A stretch of 64,000 nucleotides of DNA. Source: Felis catus. Its lineage: Eukaryota. The notes below the pieces were generated by a model, which did not search any database, had not been told where the DNA came from, and was given only the letters and a program-made list of their open reading frames with translations. How positions within the stretch are numbered: position 1 is the first letter of the stretch; every line of letters starts with the position of its first letter. A program made the position numbers and the translations under genes. Of this stretch, positions 13,297 to 26,589 are shown one piece after another. Location: contig NC_058368.1 in NCBI RefSeq assembly GCF_018350175.1, positions 8,308,001 through 8,372,000 of the forward strand. Reading direction: 5' to 3'.

Positions 13297-13351
13297 ATGT
13301 TTGTTTGTTTATTGAGAGAGAGAGCATGCACACAAGCCAGGGAGGGGCAGA

Positions 13352-13395
<44 letters not shown>
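13297..13395 (-). repeat. Orphan SINE tail fragment with (GA)n
   Basis: Near-identical to 10111-10200; no SINE body. Confidence 0.8.
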
Positions 13396-13398
<3 letters not shown>

Positions 13399-14529
13399 AA
13401 CAAACACAGCCATGTTGTGAGGGTTGCCATCAAAGAAGAAATTTTATATTTATGGAAAATATGTCTGTGGCATGAGGTCTATTTGGTTACTCAGTTGTGC
13501 CAAGGTTTTAAAAATAGTTTAGATAAAATGTGAACATAGGCGCTCAATAATGAAATCTAAGGTCTTCCTTTCAAGAGTAAGAGGCAATTACTGTTTGTGA
13601 TTTAATTAGGAAAACACAATTAAAGGAATAAAGAGTGTCTATTCTCCTGCTGAATATTAAAGTGCGCCACGGAGGAAACCCCCATGTGAGATGTAGCTGA
13701 GGCTAATTAGCTAAAGTAGATGGGTCTAGAACCGGTCCTTTGCTCAGGGCTAAACAACGAACTCCTCAGGGGCTGGAAATCAGTGCTCCTTTAGGAAGCA
13801 AACATTCCGAATCACAAAACCTAGACTATGCCTGTCTGCTGCAATATTTCACAACACATCATGCACTCCCCTGTGTTTCCTCTGGACATTCGATTTGCAG
13901 TTGCTTACAAACATCATATACTTGGGCTTATTAATAAAGAATTGTTGACATATTGATCCTGAACTGAATCCAAGGCAAAGCTGACTTGTCTCTGCGAACA
14001 AGCTGAGTGTGGCTTGCAAACAAGTCATGAGGCGCTGTGGGCCACTAAGAAGGGTTCTTAGGGGCAGAGAGTCTAGCCTCCTGACCCTGGGATAGAATGA
14101 AAAACTCATGTCAGGGACCACATGCTCAGAACAGCATGGTCTTGGAAAAGAACCCGGGGATGAAAGTCAAGAATCTCGGGTTCTGGTCTTGTAGATCTGG
14201 CTCTGCCACTATGAGGTGTGTAACTTTAAGGAAGACTGTTTACGTCTCTGGGCCTTATTTATTTTACCTGTAAGCAGAATGAAGCAGTCCCTCTCCAAGA
14301 GTATTGGAAATATGTCACAGGTTTGGCAATGGGAAAATGTAAAGGTACGACGCAAAGTCTGCATCCTTCTTTCAGAGCAAATCTGTATACAGGTGAAGAG
14401 ATCTCCTTTCCCATCCCCTCTGCTGATCTGACAGGTGCACCCTGTGGGCCCTGCCCACGTTGCTATTTGGTCTTGACTTTTGTCTCGTCAGTGGGCACTG
14501 CGGCCATCAGACAGTGGGTTGTCAAGAGA

Positions 14530-14960
14530 TTTATTTTGCTTTCAATATTGGAGTGTTTATATGCATGAGGCACTGTTCTGAGAGCTGGGGATGCAGTCAT
14601 GGACCGAGAATCCCACAAAAATCCCGCTCCTGTGGATATGCTAGTCAGATAATACATAATGCATCAGGTACAGGTGATAGTGCTGAGGAAAAATAAAGCT
14701 GGTTAAAGGGTCAGGCCCACCTCAGGTTGGGGGGTAAGTGGGATTACTCTTTTAGCTGGGGAAGGCCTTCCTGATAAGGTGACATCTGAACTGAGTTCTG
14801 AATGAAGGGGGAGAGCGTCCCCAGTCTGGGACAAGAGCAGTCCAGGGAAGCGGAAGTTAAGGAGAAAGGTCCTGAGGGGAGAGTAAGCGTGGGGGTGTTC
14901 AAGGAACATCAAAGAGACCAATGCGGCTGGAATGAGGAGGCAGAGAGATTGGACAGTGGT
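14530..14960. mobile_element. LINE2 3' fragment
   Basis: GGCACTGTTCTGAGAGCTGGGGAT...GGAAGGCCTTCCTGATAAGGTGACATCTGAACTGAG typical of L2. Confidence 0.65.
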
Positions 14961-16339
14961 GGGGTTTCTGTTCTGTTGGGGGAAGGATAATGGGGTTGCT
15001 GTTGCCTCTGTGCTTCCAGAAGCTGGAAAGCGTGCAGGTAACGGCACAGTCTGGATTTAGGGGTCCCTGGGTTGTTAGCATTGGCTGGACTCAGAGCACA
15101 GAGAGTGCACCGGCTGGGTATGCGGCCAGTGCAGTCCCAAAGGGCTGACAATCTGAAGGGGCTCCCACCTGGCTTTAAGTCTCCGTGGTAGTCATCTTGA
15201 AATGCTTAACAGTGTTCTCTTTGTGTTTGTGGTGTTCGTGTGGAGTCTGACAGGCCAGTGGGGTCTGCGTCAGGGTGACAGGAAGGCCAAACCCTGTGCA
15301 CACTGTCACAGGTCGGGGCACCGAGGCCTGCACCACCCTGCCGGTGTCCCTCGGCCAGAAGGAGCTGATATTAACTAACAAAACGCAGCATGACAGGTAG
15401 AGAGATTGAAGAATACGGCAAAAGCTTTCTTCTTGGCCTTGGGACAAGGGACCCCTATTTTCACTTTGCAACGGCCGCTGGCGCACTTCTTGGTGGGAAT
15501 AAATAGGGTGTCCTCCCCCTGGGCCGGGGCCTTGTTTTAAAACACGGTAGACATCTGGGTGCTTTCCTGCGGGTCCTGTTGCCCTCTGCTGGACAGCCTA
15601 GGCATTAGCTCTGCCTCAAACTCCGAAGAAAATGCTCCCAAACCAAGAAATTCAAAACCCCTTTGAGAAAACAGTTTAAATGATCATCGATGTTCTTCTG
15701 GGCTTTTGAAGGCTGTTGCAGGTTCGAATAGCCAATTCCCAAGTGAATTGCTTTGTCGGCAGGTGAGTTTTGTTTTAAAACGGGCTATCATAAAACCTTA
15801 GGGTCTAGGAACGAGATGTAAACCACATTTTGAAGATTTTGTGATTCTGTTTTATTGTGCCATCATGTAACCTTACGTACTGTGTATGAAACATTCCTTA
15901 CCATTGAAAAAATTATTGGAATGAGCCTACACATCAATAGCACCTGTGTTCAGAATTTAAAGAACCTCATCGCTCCAGTTTCCCAGCTCTGCATATCTGG
16001 CAATTTTTCATTTCATTGGACATAGGGAGGACCTAGGGAATATTTCTCTAACGTTTGTAATACATCAAGAAATTGATATTTAACCATTAAATCAGTGCTT
16101 CTAAGATAGACTCTCTTTTCGGCAATGGTGGTCCCAAAACCATAGGAAAGAACATCATTAAAATCAGTGGACCTCTGTTGTCTTTGGGGTGTGGGGGGTG
16201 GAGAGAGATGTGGAGCATAAGTGGAACGTAAAAGATGAGCATCCTCTGTGTCTTGTGTGTAAGGACGGGTGTCGTTAACACAATTGAAGGCCCATCTAGA
16301 CTCTACCATGGGTGAACTGGCACAAACTTCATCTGACTT

Positions 16340-16520
16340 ATCCCATTTAAATTTCACAGCAACTTTGCACGAGAGATGTCATACTTCCTACAGAAAACTG
16401 AGCATCACTGAGGTTAAATAACTTACCCAAGATTTGTTAATCTGGTAACTGACAGTCTGGAATCAATGCCAGAGCTGTGTGACTCCAAAGCCCCGAGTAC
16501 TTCACTATGCAATGTGGCCG
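16340..16520. mobile_element. MIR
   Basis: GAAAACTGAG...GAGGTTAAATAACTTACCCAAG...TGACTCCAAAGCCC. Confidence 0.7.
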
Positions 16521-16999
16521 CCTAATGAACGACTCTAATCCTGATTAGTTTTTCAGAGAACTACTAGGAAGATTGTGTAATACAATGGCACATCATAAGT
16601 TGCAGATGGCAAAATTGTAGCCCTGAGGAATCAAGTGATCCTTCCGGAGCTGGGCACAAGGAGAACACCTGGCCTTGGGTCCTCAAGTCACCTTAGCCCT
16701 AGTTTAGTGCTCTTTCCAATATATCACATTGCTGGAATAACTTAGTTAAGGAATTGGGGATAATCTAATTTATTTCCACTTTTCTGTCTCTTATGCGGTG
16801 GTATTTGGGCCCTCCGGTAACTACCTGGAGTGAGAGATATAAAAGAATGAGCTCGTACAAGATTGTAAATGGATTAAATACTAGTCATGGTCTAACTGAG
16901 AAAGGAATGAGAAAAGAAGCTAATCAAATAGGCATCTCATTGTCACGCAAGTGTCACGCAGTGCAAACTTCCAGTCAGTTGATCAATCAACCAACATTT

Positions 17000-17222
17000 G
17001 GGGCACCTGGGTGGCTCAGTTGGTTAAGCGTCCAACTTCGGCTCAGGTCGTGATCTTGTAGTTGATGAGTTCGAGCCTTGCGTCGGGCTCTGTGCCGACA
17101 GCTCGGAGCCTGGAGCCTGCTTCGGATTCTGTGTCTCCCTCTCTCTCTGACCCTCCCCCGTTCATGCTCTGTCTCTCTCTGTCTCAAAAATAAATAAACA
17201 TTAAAAAAAAATTTTTAAAAAA
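17000..17222 (+). mobile_element. Can-SINE (SINEC_Fc)
   Basis: Complete head, (CT)n and A tail; CAACATTT on both flanks. Confidence 0.95.
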
Positions 17223-18154
17223 TCAACATTTACCGAGCATCTTCTCTGAGCCAAGTACCAAGGGAGGGGCTAGAAAACTAGAAATGAGTAACGACCAATG
17301 GGGGGGTCTCACAGTCAAATGGGATGAACAAACATTTAAACAAAAGTACATTGCAATGCCGATCCCACAAACACGCTGCTATCGGACTGCAGGGAGAGCG
17401 GTGATTCCCATCTGGGAGAATCACGGTCACCAAGGGACAGACATCCACTCACCAGGATACCTTCACTATGGTACTGCTGTCCACACAGCATTTTCCCGGT
17501 CCTTCTAACAATGAAATGGGCACCCTTCCCTTCCAGCTTGGACAGACAAGAGGATCCTACAATAATCCAGGAACTGGAACTAGTAAAAATTTTTTGGAAG
17601 CAGTTAAATTATTTTGGTTAATAAGGAACAGAGATGTGGACTAACTAGGACACTGTGGTGCATTTAAATTGTCTAGAGGGATTGAACAGCAAATGAAAGC
17701 CTAATTTCAGCTTGGTTAAACACAGAATAATTGGGAGTTGTTAAATTGGTATGCTAATTTAATTAAAAATTTAAAGCAAAAACAAACATGTTAGCTAAAA
17801 GGGTGACTATTATATAATCTTAATGAGTTTCCAATTTAAATATTTTTCCAATTAAAAATAGGATGAATTTTGGGGGCTCCCAGACACATCACATTGAACT
17901 CAGGGAAAAAAAATAAAAGGATCCACGAATTATTAATATACCTCTCTCATCCCAGATAGATTTCAGAATTATATATCTCTTAAATTTTAGAAAAACAGAA
18001 AATGGAATTGATTATTTATTAAATCTCAGAATTGGGAAAGACTGTTTAGGTTCAAAAGCAGCATAAGCTAGCAGAGGAAAATGTACAAAATTGTACACGG
18101 TGTACGAAATTAACTAAACATGAGATTTTCCTGATGTAAAATAAAGAAACACGA

Positions 18155-18375
18155 GGGGTGTCTGGGTGGCTCAGTCTGTTAAGTGTTTGACTCTTGATTT
18201 CAGCTCAGGTCATGATCTCATGGTCTGTGTGATAGAGCCCTATGTTGGGTTCCCTGCTGACAGCAAGGAGCCTGCCTGGGATTCTCTCTCTCCCTCTCTC
18301 TCTCTGCTCCTCCCCTGCTTGCAAGCGCTCTCTCTCTCTCTCTCAAATTAAATAAATAAACTAAATAAATAAAAA
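18155..18375 (+). mobile_element. Can-SINE
   Basis: Head, (CT)n, (TAAA)n tail. Confidence 0.92.
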
Positions 18376-18784
18376 TGCCAGAAAAACTCTAGCACAGGAG
18401 GAATAGTTATAGCAATAAACTAATAATTATATGAAATTAATTATAATTATATATAAAGATTATATAAATTAATAAAATTGGTGAGAAAAATTGATAAGAA
18501 ATTCATAAAATTTGATAATAAATTATCTAACATCCTGATAGATAAATAGATGTGTCAGTCCGCTATTCCTCTAATAATACTGCATAACAAATCCCCTTAA
18601 AACTCAGTGGCTAACGATAGCATTTATTATCACCTAAATCAACTCTGATTTGACTGGTTTAGGTTGGACTGGGCTAGGTGACTCTGCTTCAGGGTGCAAG
18701 TTCATGGGGCTTGTCTCCAGGATGCAGTTTGGGTACAGGTCTATTCCAAAGGTCTGTCATCACTCTCAGACAAATGATTTCCCT

Positions 18785-19130
18785 TGGCTCAAGTCATGAT
18801 CTCAAGGTTTGTGAGTTCAAGCCCCACACTGGGTTCTGCTGCTGACAGTGTGGCACCTGCTTGGGATTCTTTGTCTCCTTCTCTTTCTGCCCTGCCCCCC
18901 TGCTCATGCTCTCCCTCTCTCCCTCTCTTTCTCAAAACTAAATAAATATACTTAAAAAAATCTTCTGTATTAACACCAAGCCCCTTTTTTAGTTTTACGT
19001 TTCTCCCCGTCTTTGTTTATTTTTATTTTTTCGAAAGTTTGTTTATTTTTAGTAATCTCTACACCCACATAGGGCTCTAACTTATGATCCTGAGATGAAG
19101 CATTGCATGCTCTCCTGACTGAGCCACAGA
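18785..19130. mobile_element. 5'-truncated Can-SINE (+, ~18785-18960) followed by an older short SINEC (-, ~19020-19130)
   Basis: GGCTCAAGTCATGATCTC...(CT)n..A tail; then TAGTAATCTCTACACCC...GACTGAGCCA. Confidence 0.75.
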
Positions 19131-19669
19131 GCTTTTTGCTTATGTCATGTCTGTCAACAGTCCCTTGGGCAAAGCAACTCATATGGCCAAGCGCCAACAT
19201 CATTGGGGTAGGGGATAGTATTGTATCCATAGTGGGAGGGGAAGTAAAATTAATCCAAATGATCATAGAGGGAAAAGGAAATAAACTGGAAGCCCACAAA
19301 ATAGGAACCTCATAATTAATAAACTATGGAAAGATGACAAATCTCTTTAGTAGCATAAAAAATGGAAGTTAAAACGGCATTGAAATAGTACTTATTACCC
19401 ATCAATAAGAAAAATATTAAAGAAATCCAATTACTCATAGTAAAAATTCTTCCCAACAAGAACAACAGGAGATCCAGATGAGTTCAACTAAATTTCCCAG
19501 AAACAGATAATTCCATCTGATGTAAACTCCTCCAGAGGATGGGAAGAGTGGAAATATTTTTAATGCATTTTATGGCATCAAGACAAGAAAAGAACATTAG
19601 AATAAAGGGAAATTATTGTTCATTTTCATTCTAAGGATAGATGTAAAAATCCTAAATAAAGTATCCTAA

Positions 19670-19869
19670 TTTTTTTAAACATTTATTTATTTTTGAGAGA
19701 GAGCGCGAGTGAGTAAGGGAGGGGTAGAGACAGGGAGATGCAGAATCTGTAGCAGGCTCCAGCTCTGAGCTATCAGCAGCCCCGAAACAGGGCTCGAACC
19801 CATGAACTGCGAGATCATGACCTGAGCTAAAGTCGGGCGCTCAACTGACTGAGCCGCCCCGGCGCCCCC
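19670..19869 (-). mobile_element. Can-SINE
   Basis: Reverse head GACTGAGCCGCCCCGGCGCCCC. Confidence 0.92.
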
Positions 19870-21035
19870 TAAATAAAATGTTCTAAACAGATATAACAGT
19901 GTATAAAACAATAGCACACCATAATAAATACCCCCCAAAAGCATGGCTTAAATAAGAGAGAAGTTTCTAGCTTGGCTCGTCCAGGCTGGTCAGATAGCTC
20001 TGCTTCAACAGGTCTCCAAGAGACCTAGGTTCCTTCCACCTTGTTGCCAGGTCATTCCCAAGAGCCCTGTACTCACCAGAATGGTCAAAGATGGGCCACT
20101 CCCACATCAATGTTGCGGTCAAGAGTGAAAAGCTGAATTCAGGGCAAGCAATGTTTCCTTAAGGAGGAGCTACCTAGAAGCTGCACCATTACTCCTGGGA
20201 GTGAATAGAATCGTTGAGTTGCTCTATGCCCAGGAAGAGGAGGATGAAATTTTTTGGAGGCCATTGGCAACCTGCAATATGAGGAATAACTCCAATAAAA
20301 GATGTGTAAGATCTACCTTCAGAATATCATAAGATCTTACTGGAGGATATTAACACCCAAGAAAATGGAATGATGTTCATGTTTTTGGAGAGGAGTACTC
20401 ACTATCATGAAGTCGCTTGTTCTCTCCACAGTCCAAATAAAAGCTAAATGGGATTTTCACTGAAATTGAGAGGTTGGTACTAAAATTTACATGGAAGAGA
20501 AAAGGGTCAAAAATAGTTAAGCATAAAGTAGATGGACTTGCTCTGGCTGATAGAAAAATTTATTATAAATCTGTAGCATTGATGCATTGGCTGTTGGTAT
20601 AGGGAAAGACAAATTGACCAGTAGAACAAAATAGGGACTTTAGAAAGAAGCCCACATACTCGTGGAACTTTGATATATAACAGAAGTGGCATTGCAGATG
20701 ATTGGGGGAAGAAAGAACTATTTAATAAATAGTTGTTGAACAGCTTAGTATCCACATGGCTAAAATTGAAACTCGATTCTCATCCCATACAAAAATCAAT
20801 TCCAGTACTTAAAATGTGAAAGGCAGAGAACTTTAATATTTTAGAACAAGATATAGAAGAAAATCTTTCTAACCTTGGAATTTTTAAAATAAGACACAGA
20901 AACTCATGAAAAGAGAGTTGATAAATTTGACTACTTTACAATTAAGACTTCTCCGACAAATACCATAAAGCAAATAAAAATCAAGTCATTAATTGGGAGA
21001 ATATATTTGTAATACATATAATCGAGAAGGGGTTG

Positions 21036-21225
21036 GGACACCTGGGGGGCTCAGTTGGTTAAGCGGCTGACCTCGGCTCAGGTCATGATCTCACGGTTCA
21101 TGACTTTGAGCCCCGCATCACAGCTCAGAGCCTGGAGCCTGCTTTGAATTCTGTGTCTCCCCCTCTCTCTGCCCTTCCCTTGCTCATGCTCTGACCCTAT
21201 CTCCCTCAAAAATAAAAATTAACAA
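21036..21225 (+). mobile_element. Can-SINE
   Basis: GGGACACCTGGGGGGCTCAG head and tail. Confidence 0.9.
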
Positions 21226-21599
21226 AAAATAATCTACAAAGGATTCATACCCAGAATATGCAATGAACTTCTACAAATATATTAGATAATTAAATACAAT
21301 TGAAAAATGGGCAAAAGATGTGAACTGATATTTCACAGAAGAGAAAATATGTAAGGCACATAACCGTAAGAAGAAATAATCTGCCTGATTAGTAATCAGG
21401 GAAATACCATGTAGAAACACAGTTAGATACTAGTTTACAAACACTATCTTGCCAACAATGAAATTTGACCAAGTCAAGTGTTAGAGAGAATGAGGATAAA
21501 TAGGGTATCTTATACAATGCTGGTGGAAAAGTATCCTGGGACAGCCAGTATCTCCACTGTTGCATTGGAAAAATATTTGGAATTATCTTGAATGGTTTT

Positions 21600-21826
21600 T
21601 TTTTTTAATTTTTTTTTCAACGTTTTATTTTTTTTATTTTTGGGACAGAGAGAGACAGAGCATGAACGGGGGAGGGGCAGAGAGAGAGGGAGACACAGAA
21701 TCGGAAACAGGCTCCAGGCTCTGAGCCATCAGCCCAGAGCCCAACGCGGGGCTCGAACTCACGGACCGCGAGATCGTGACCTGGCTGAAGTCGGACGCTT
21801 AACCGACTGCGCCACCCAGGCGCCCC
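21600..21826 (-). mobile_element. Young Can-SINE (SINEC_Fc)
   Basis: CpG-rich, near-consensus; TSD TTGAATGGTTTTT. Confidence 0.96.
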
Positions 21827-22484
21827 TTGAATGGTTTTTGATATAGGAAGTGATTTTTATGATATGCTCACATGAAATCATAATAACAAAGCTGAAAATG
21901 ATCCAATCGAAAAGAATGGAATATTATTAACAGTGAAAATGAATGAACTCAATGATGTGCCATAACATAGGTGAATCTTAAGAACATAATGTTGAGTGAA
22001 GATAGAAAGTTGGAGAAACCCATTAAGTATGATACTATTTTTATAAAACTAAAAACCCAAACTCACTGATACAATATTCAGGAATATACACTGATTTGAT
22101 AACAATTATTTTAAAAGAAAGACAAGAGAATAATAGATCTAAAATTCAGGATACAGTTTACCTGGGGGGTGCAGTGAGGCTGAGGGAAGGGGACAGTGGA
22201 GTTGCTTGTGTATGCACGCAAGTTATTGGCTGGGTTATGGGTTCATGTGTGCTATTTTGTTTTATAACGTATGCACATATTCCGTATATTATTTTGTATT
22301 TTCCAAAGTTGTATTTAAAAATATGATAAAGAAAATAAATAAATTAGATACTATTTATATTTATCAAAATTGTGAATATTCTAAAGGAGATTAAAGAAAG
22401 TGAAATAGCTTTTCTTGTACATTGAGAGTAGAAGTATAAATTGGCACAGACTCTTTTTAGTTGTATCTCTGTCTCTCTCTATAA

Positions 22485-22800
22485 TTATGTATGTATCACA
22501 ACATATATATGTATATGTACACACATGTATGTATACCCCATGTATGTTGTGCACACATATGTATATATGTATATATATGTTATATATACATATAACAGAT
22601 TATATATATAACATATGTAATGTATGTTATATATACATATAACAGATTATATATATAACATATGTAATGTATGTTATATGTATATATAACATATATAATC
22701 TGTTATATAGATTATATATAACACATATAATGTATGTTATATATGTATGTATATATAACATACATATGTTATGTATATGTTCTGTATTATTTATATGTTG
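22485..22800. repeat. (TA/TG)-rich low-complexity minisatellite
   Basis: Repeated TATAACAGATTATATA..ACATATGTAATGTATGTTATA units plus an inverted copy. Confidence 0.9.
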
Positions 22801-24762
22801 CCATAAACTTGTTAATATTCTCCAAAAATTCAGTTCTGGGAAATAAAGGCTAACCCCCCCCTAAAATTAAAGCTTAAAATGAACCCCTGAAATTAGAAAA
22901 AAATTATGAACACAAAGGTACAGTTACCTCTTTTACACCTGGGGACCTTTCGCTTTTCCTTTCTTCTGAGACCCGTAACTTGAGGCTCAGTGGGCAAGGG
23001 ACCAGTGGAGGACACTCTCATATCCACAGTAGACACCCCACCCCCTCTGAGATTCTGTCATGCCGTACTATGTATTTCCTCCACAGTCCTGGCACAATCT
23101 TTAATTTCCTACAGTGTAAATTCCATGAGAGAAGAGACCATGTCGTGTGGTCCTCCATTGTGCTGTGGCAAAAATACGTGCTCAGTAACCATCTGTGGAG
23201 AAATTAATGCTTCATAAAAGAAGAAAAGGACTTTCAAGGACCAAACTGGTCGAGCTGAAGGAGTATAAGTGATTTGTGTACCAGCATTGTGCAGATTTTA
23301 TAATCACGATTGACTTTTTTGGTTAATATTTTCTGGTCTCCAGAGAAATGCCTTTCTGAGATCCAATGTAAAATGCTGGATTCTTCTTCTCCTAAAAATG
23401 CCTCTTGCAAGGTCTTCTATGATCAGGGTTTTTGACCCTATGGCACAAAATAACAATCTCTGAGAAGGATTCTTTGTATGCTGTACATTGTGTTAAAATT
23501 TATGCATACATTTTTCAGTAGGCTTTACCATAATAATTGAAGTTTATTCCACCATAAGTACATAAAACAAGCAAAGGGAAGCAAAAAACACATCTTTCGA
23601 TATATTTTAGTTATAACCCTAAATGAATGTCAAATTCTCAGGAGACTCATAATGCATTAGAAATTCAAATAGCATCAAGACAACCATGGCCATTTATATT
23701 TTATTGCTGTTTTAGTCATTTCAAATATAATTGCCCGGGGGAATTTATCTTGGGTCTAGGGACAGAAATTACGATTTTTGTACCATTTGTATCATTTGAA
23801 CAGTCCGGATTCGAGGAAAAATGGACTTTCAGGGAGAACGCAAGAAGAGAGGGTGCATAGTTGGGGCAAAACCCAGTCACTGAGTTTTAGGATATCAACT
23901 GCAGTAAAGTCTAATCAAATTTTAGAAGAAAACACGAAGTCTTTAAACTCCTGGACCTTGTAGCCAAGTGTACATCATAGCGGGTTTCAAGAACAGCAGC
24001 CAACTCTGTGATCTACACTGAAGGGAGGTGTTGTTAGTAGTGTTTAAAAACCGCAGCCGGTGCTCAATGAGCCATGCTAAGGAAGAGGAAGATGGGCGAG
24101 TTAAGGCCAGTACGGGGACACTCTGTCAGAAGACTGGGAAATCTGCCTCTCGTCTTCTGGCTCTGCTGTCTCTGCCGTGGTGAAAGGTTTCCCCTTTCAC
24201 CCCTTTCACCCCTGACTCCCCTTTCCCCAGAGTCAGGTTGGCATTGCCCAGCAATGGCAGAGAGACGAGGGGCAGCTGGGAGGTCCAGAGCCTCTGGCAT
24301 GGGGACCAGGAGTTATGGGAAACATGCCCTTAGGCTTTGTGTGGTCACCGGCCTAGGAGCTGGGCAGTGTGTTCAGAAAGGGAGGTAGGGTCCCGGTCAC
24401 TGAGGCGACGGTGTCTGCACACACCACCCAAGCCTTTCGCGGGACCAGGCCAAAGAACCAAGACTTAGGTCCCTTGGCCTGGGAAGGAGACACAGAGGAT
24501 CTCACTGATCCTTGATGCAGTGGGTGCTCTTGCCATGAAGACCGTCCCTTTGCTTCTTGTACTATTTGGGTCATTGGCTACCTTAAAAAAAATTGTGGTA
24601 AAATATGCATGACATAAAACTTGCCATCTTCACCATTTTTAAGTGATAGTTTTATGGCAGTAAGTACACTCACTTGTTATGCAACCGTCACCACCATCCA
24701 TCTCAGAACTCTCTTCATCTCGCGAAACCAAAACTCTGTCCCCATTAAATAACAATGCCTCA

Positions 24763-25015
24763 AAAAGTTAGAGAGGGAGGGAGCCAAACCATAAGAGGCT
24801 CTTAAAAACTGAGAACAAACTGAGGGTGGATGGGGGGTGGGAGGGCGGGGAGGGTGGGTGATGGGCACGGAGGAGGGCACCTGTTGGGATGAGCACTGGG
24901 TGTTGTATGGAAGCCAATTGGACAATAAATTTCATATTGAAACAAACAAACAAACATAAAAATAATAATGGAAAAACAAACAAAACAAAACAAAAAAACC
25001 AAAAACCAAACCAAA
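24763..25015 (+). mobile_element. Felid L1 3'UTR tail fragment
   Basis: GAGAGGGAGGGAGCCAAACCATAAGAG...GATGAGCACTGGGTGTTGTATGG and A-rich tail; imperfect TSD AACAA(TG/CA)CCTCA. Confidence 0.88.
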
Positions 25016-25262
25016 AAACAACACCTCATTTCCCCTCCCCCCAGCCTTTGGCAACCACCATTCCTACTTTCGGTCTTTATGAGTCTGACTACTCTGGGTG
25101 GAACCATATAGTATTTGGAACCATATACAGTGGAACCATATAAGTGGGACCATACAGTATTTGTCCTTTGGTGACTGAATTATTTCACTTATAATGTTTT
25201 CCAGGTTCTTCCATGTTATGGCATGTGTCAGAATTTCCTTCCTTTTTAAAAAATTTTTTGTA

Positions 25263-25470
25263 GGGGCGCCTGGGTGGCGCAGTCGGTTGAGCGTCCGACT
25301 TCAGCCAGGTCACGATCTCGCGGTCCGTGAGTTCGAGCCCCGCGTCAGGCTCTGGGCTGATGGCTCAGAGCCTGGAGCCTGTTTCCGATTCTGTGTCTCC
25401 CTCTCTCTCTGCCCCTCCCCCGTTCATGCTCTGTCTCTCTCTGTCCCCAAAAAAATAAACGTTGAAAAAA
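25263..25470 (+). mobile_element. Young Can-SINE nested in the tail of an opposite-strand SINE
   Basis: GGGGCGCCTGGGTGGCGCAG head; TSD AAAAAATTTTTTGTA. Confidence 0.95.
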
Positions 25471-25479
25471 TTTTTTGTA

Positions 25480-25668
25480 ACATTTATTCATTTTTGAGAG
25501 ACAGAGTATGAGGGGAGGGGCAGAGAGAGGGAGACACAGAATCCAAAGCAGGCTCCACGTTCTGAGCTGTCAGCACAGAGCCCGAAGCGGGGCTTGAACA
25601 CACAGACCACGAGATCACAACCCGAGCTGACGTTGGTTACTTAACCGACTGAGCCACCCAGGCGCCCC
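25480..25668 (-). mobile_element. Can-SINE (host of nested SINE)
   Basis: Reverse head; outer TSD AGAATTTCCTTCCTTTT at ~25230 and ~25670. Confidence 0.95.
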
Positions 25669-26589
25669 TAGAATTTCCTTCCTTTTAAAGGCCTGAATAA
25701 TGATCTTTTATAGGTATGCACTACATTTGGTGTATCTATTCATCTGTCAGCTCATACTTGGATTGTTTCTGCCTTTTTGTTATTTTGAATATTGTTGCTA
25801 TGAACAGGGGTGTACAAAGACCTCGTCCAGTCCCTGCTTTCAGTTCTTTGGGTATATACTTGGAAATAGAATTGCTAAATCATATGGTAATTCTATTTGT
25901 TGTTGTTGTTGTTGAGGGGTTGCCATACTATTTTCTATAGCAGCTGCCCTATTTTCCATTCCCACCAACAGTGCACAGGGTTCCAATTTTTCCACATCCT
26001 TGCCCTTGGTTACATTTTATGTGACAAAGCATACCACCGCAACGTATCTGCTTCACTTTAAAGAATACCATCATAGCTGGTTTATTATTTTTTATTTCTT
26101 TCTCTCAAGCGTTGATCCCACGTCATCTTATTTTCTTATCAAAAGCTCAGGGCTCAGCATAGTTATGGTTTTGGGGGATGGGTGCAGAGACCAGCCAGGC
26201 CACCAAGAACAAGCGTTAATGTTCACACTCATCATAAATTATATTGCTGTGGCACTTTACAGCTTATAAAATGCTTTTATATTCATAATCTCTTTGATTC
26301 CTGCTCCAGAAGAGGGGTAATGCATTTGCTATTATTCCCCTTCATAGTTGGAGAAACGGGGCTCACAGGAGCTGCTGTGTAGGTTGTAGAGCCAACATTG
26401 GGCTGGAAACACCACCTGCTGATTTCTGACACATTCAGTGCTTTCCCCATCACATTTTGAGATTTCTCCAGTCCACTCTACGGGCACAGAGACCAGTGTG
26501 AGTGTTCCCATTCCAGATATATGAAGGACTGATTGTTCTAAGACAAAACCAGCTCCCGACTCAAACACTTAAAACTGCTTTGAAATACA

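Larger units (their letters stand above)
19300..22340 (+). mobile_element. Ancient fragmented L1 (L1M-type ORF2/3' pieces) interrupted by SINEs and an MLT fragment
   Basis: A-rich ORF2-like phrases (CTAAAATTTACATGGAAG, GAAAAATGGGCAAAAGATGTGAAC, CATAATGTTGAGTGAA). Confidence 0.75.
24590..26000 (-). mobile_element. Old L1 3' end (L1MB-like) interrupted by an L1 tail and two SINEs
   Basis: TTGTGGTAAAATATGCATGACATAAAA...CACCACCATCCATCTCAGAAC...CATTCCCACCAACAGTGCAC. Confidence 0.85.

Noticed and set aside
15745..15770. Strong donor CAG|GTGAGT
   Set aside because: No supporting exon or promoter; isolated motifs occur by chance
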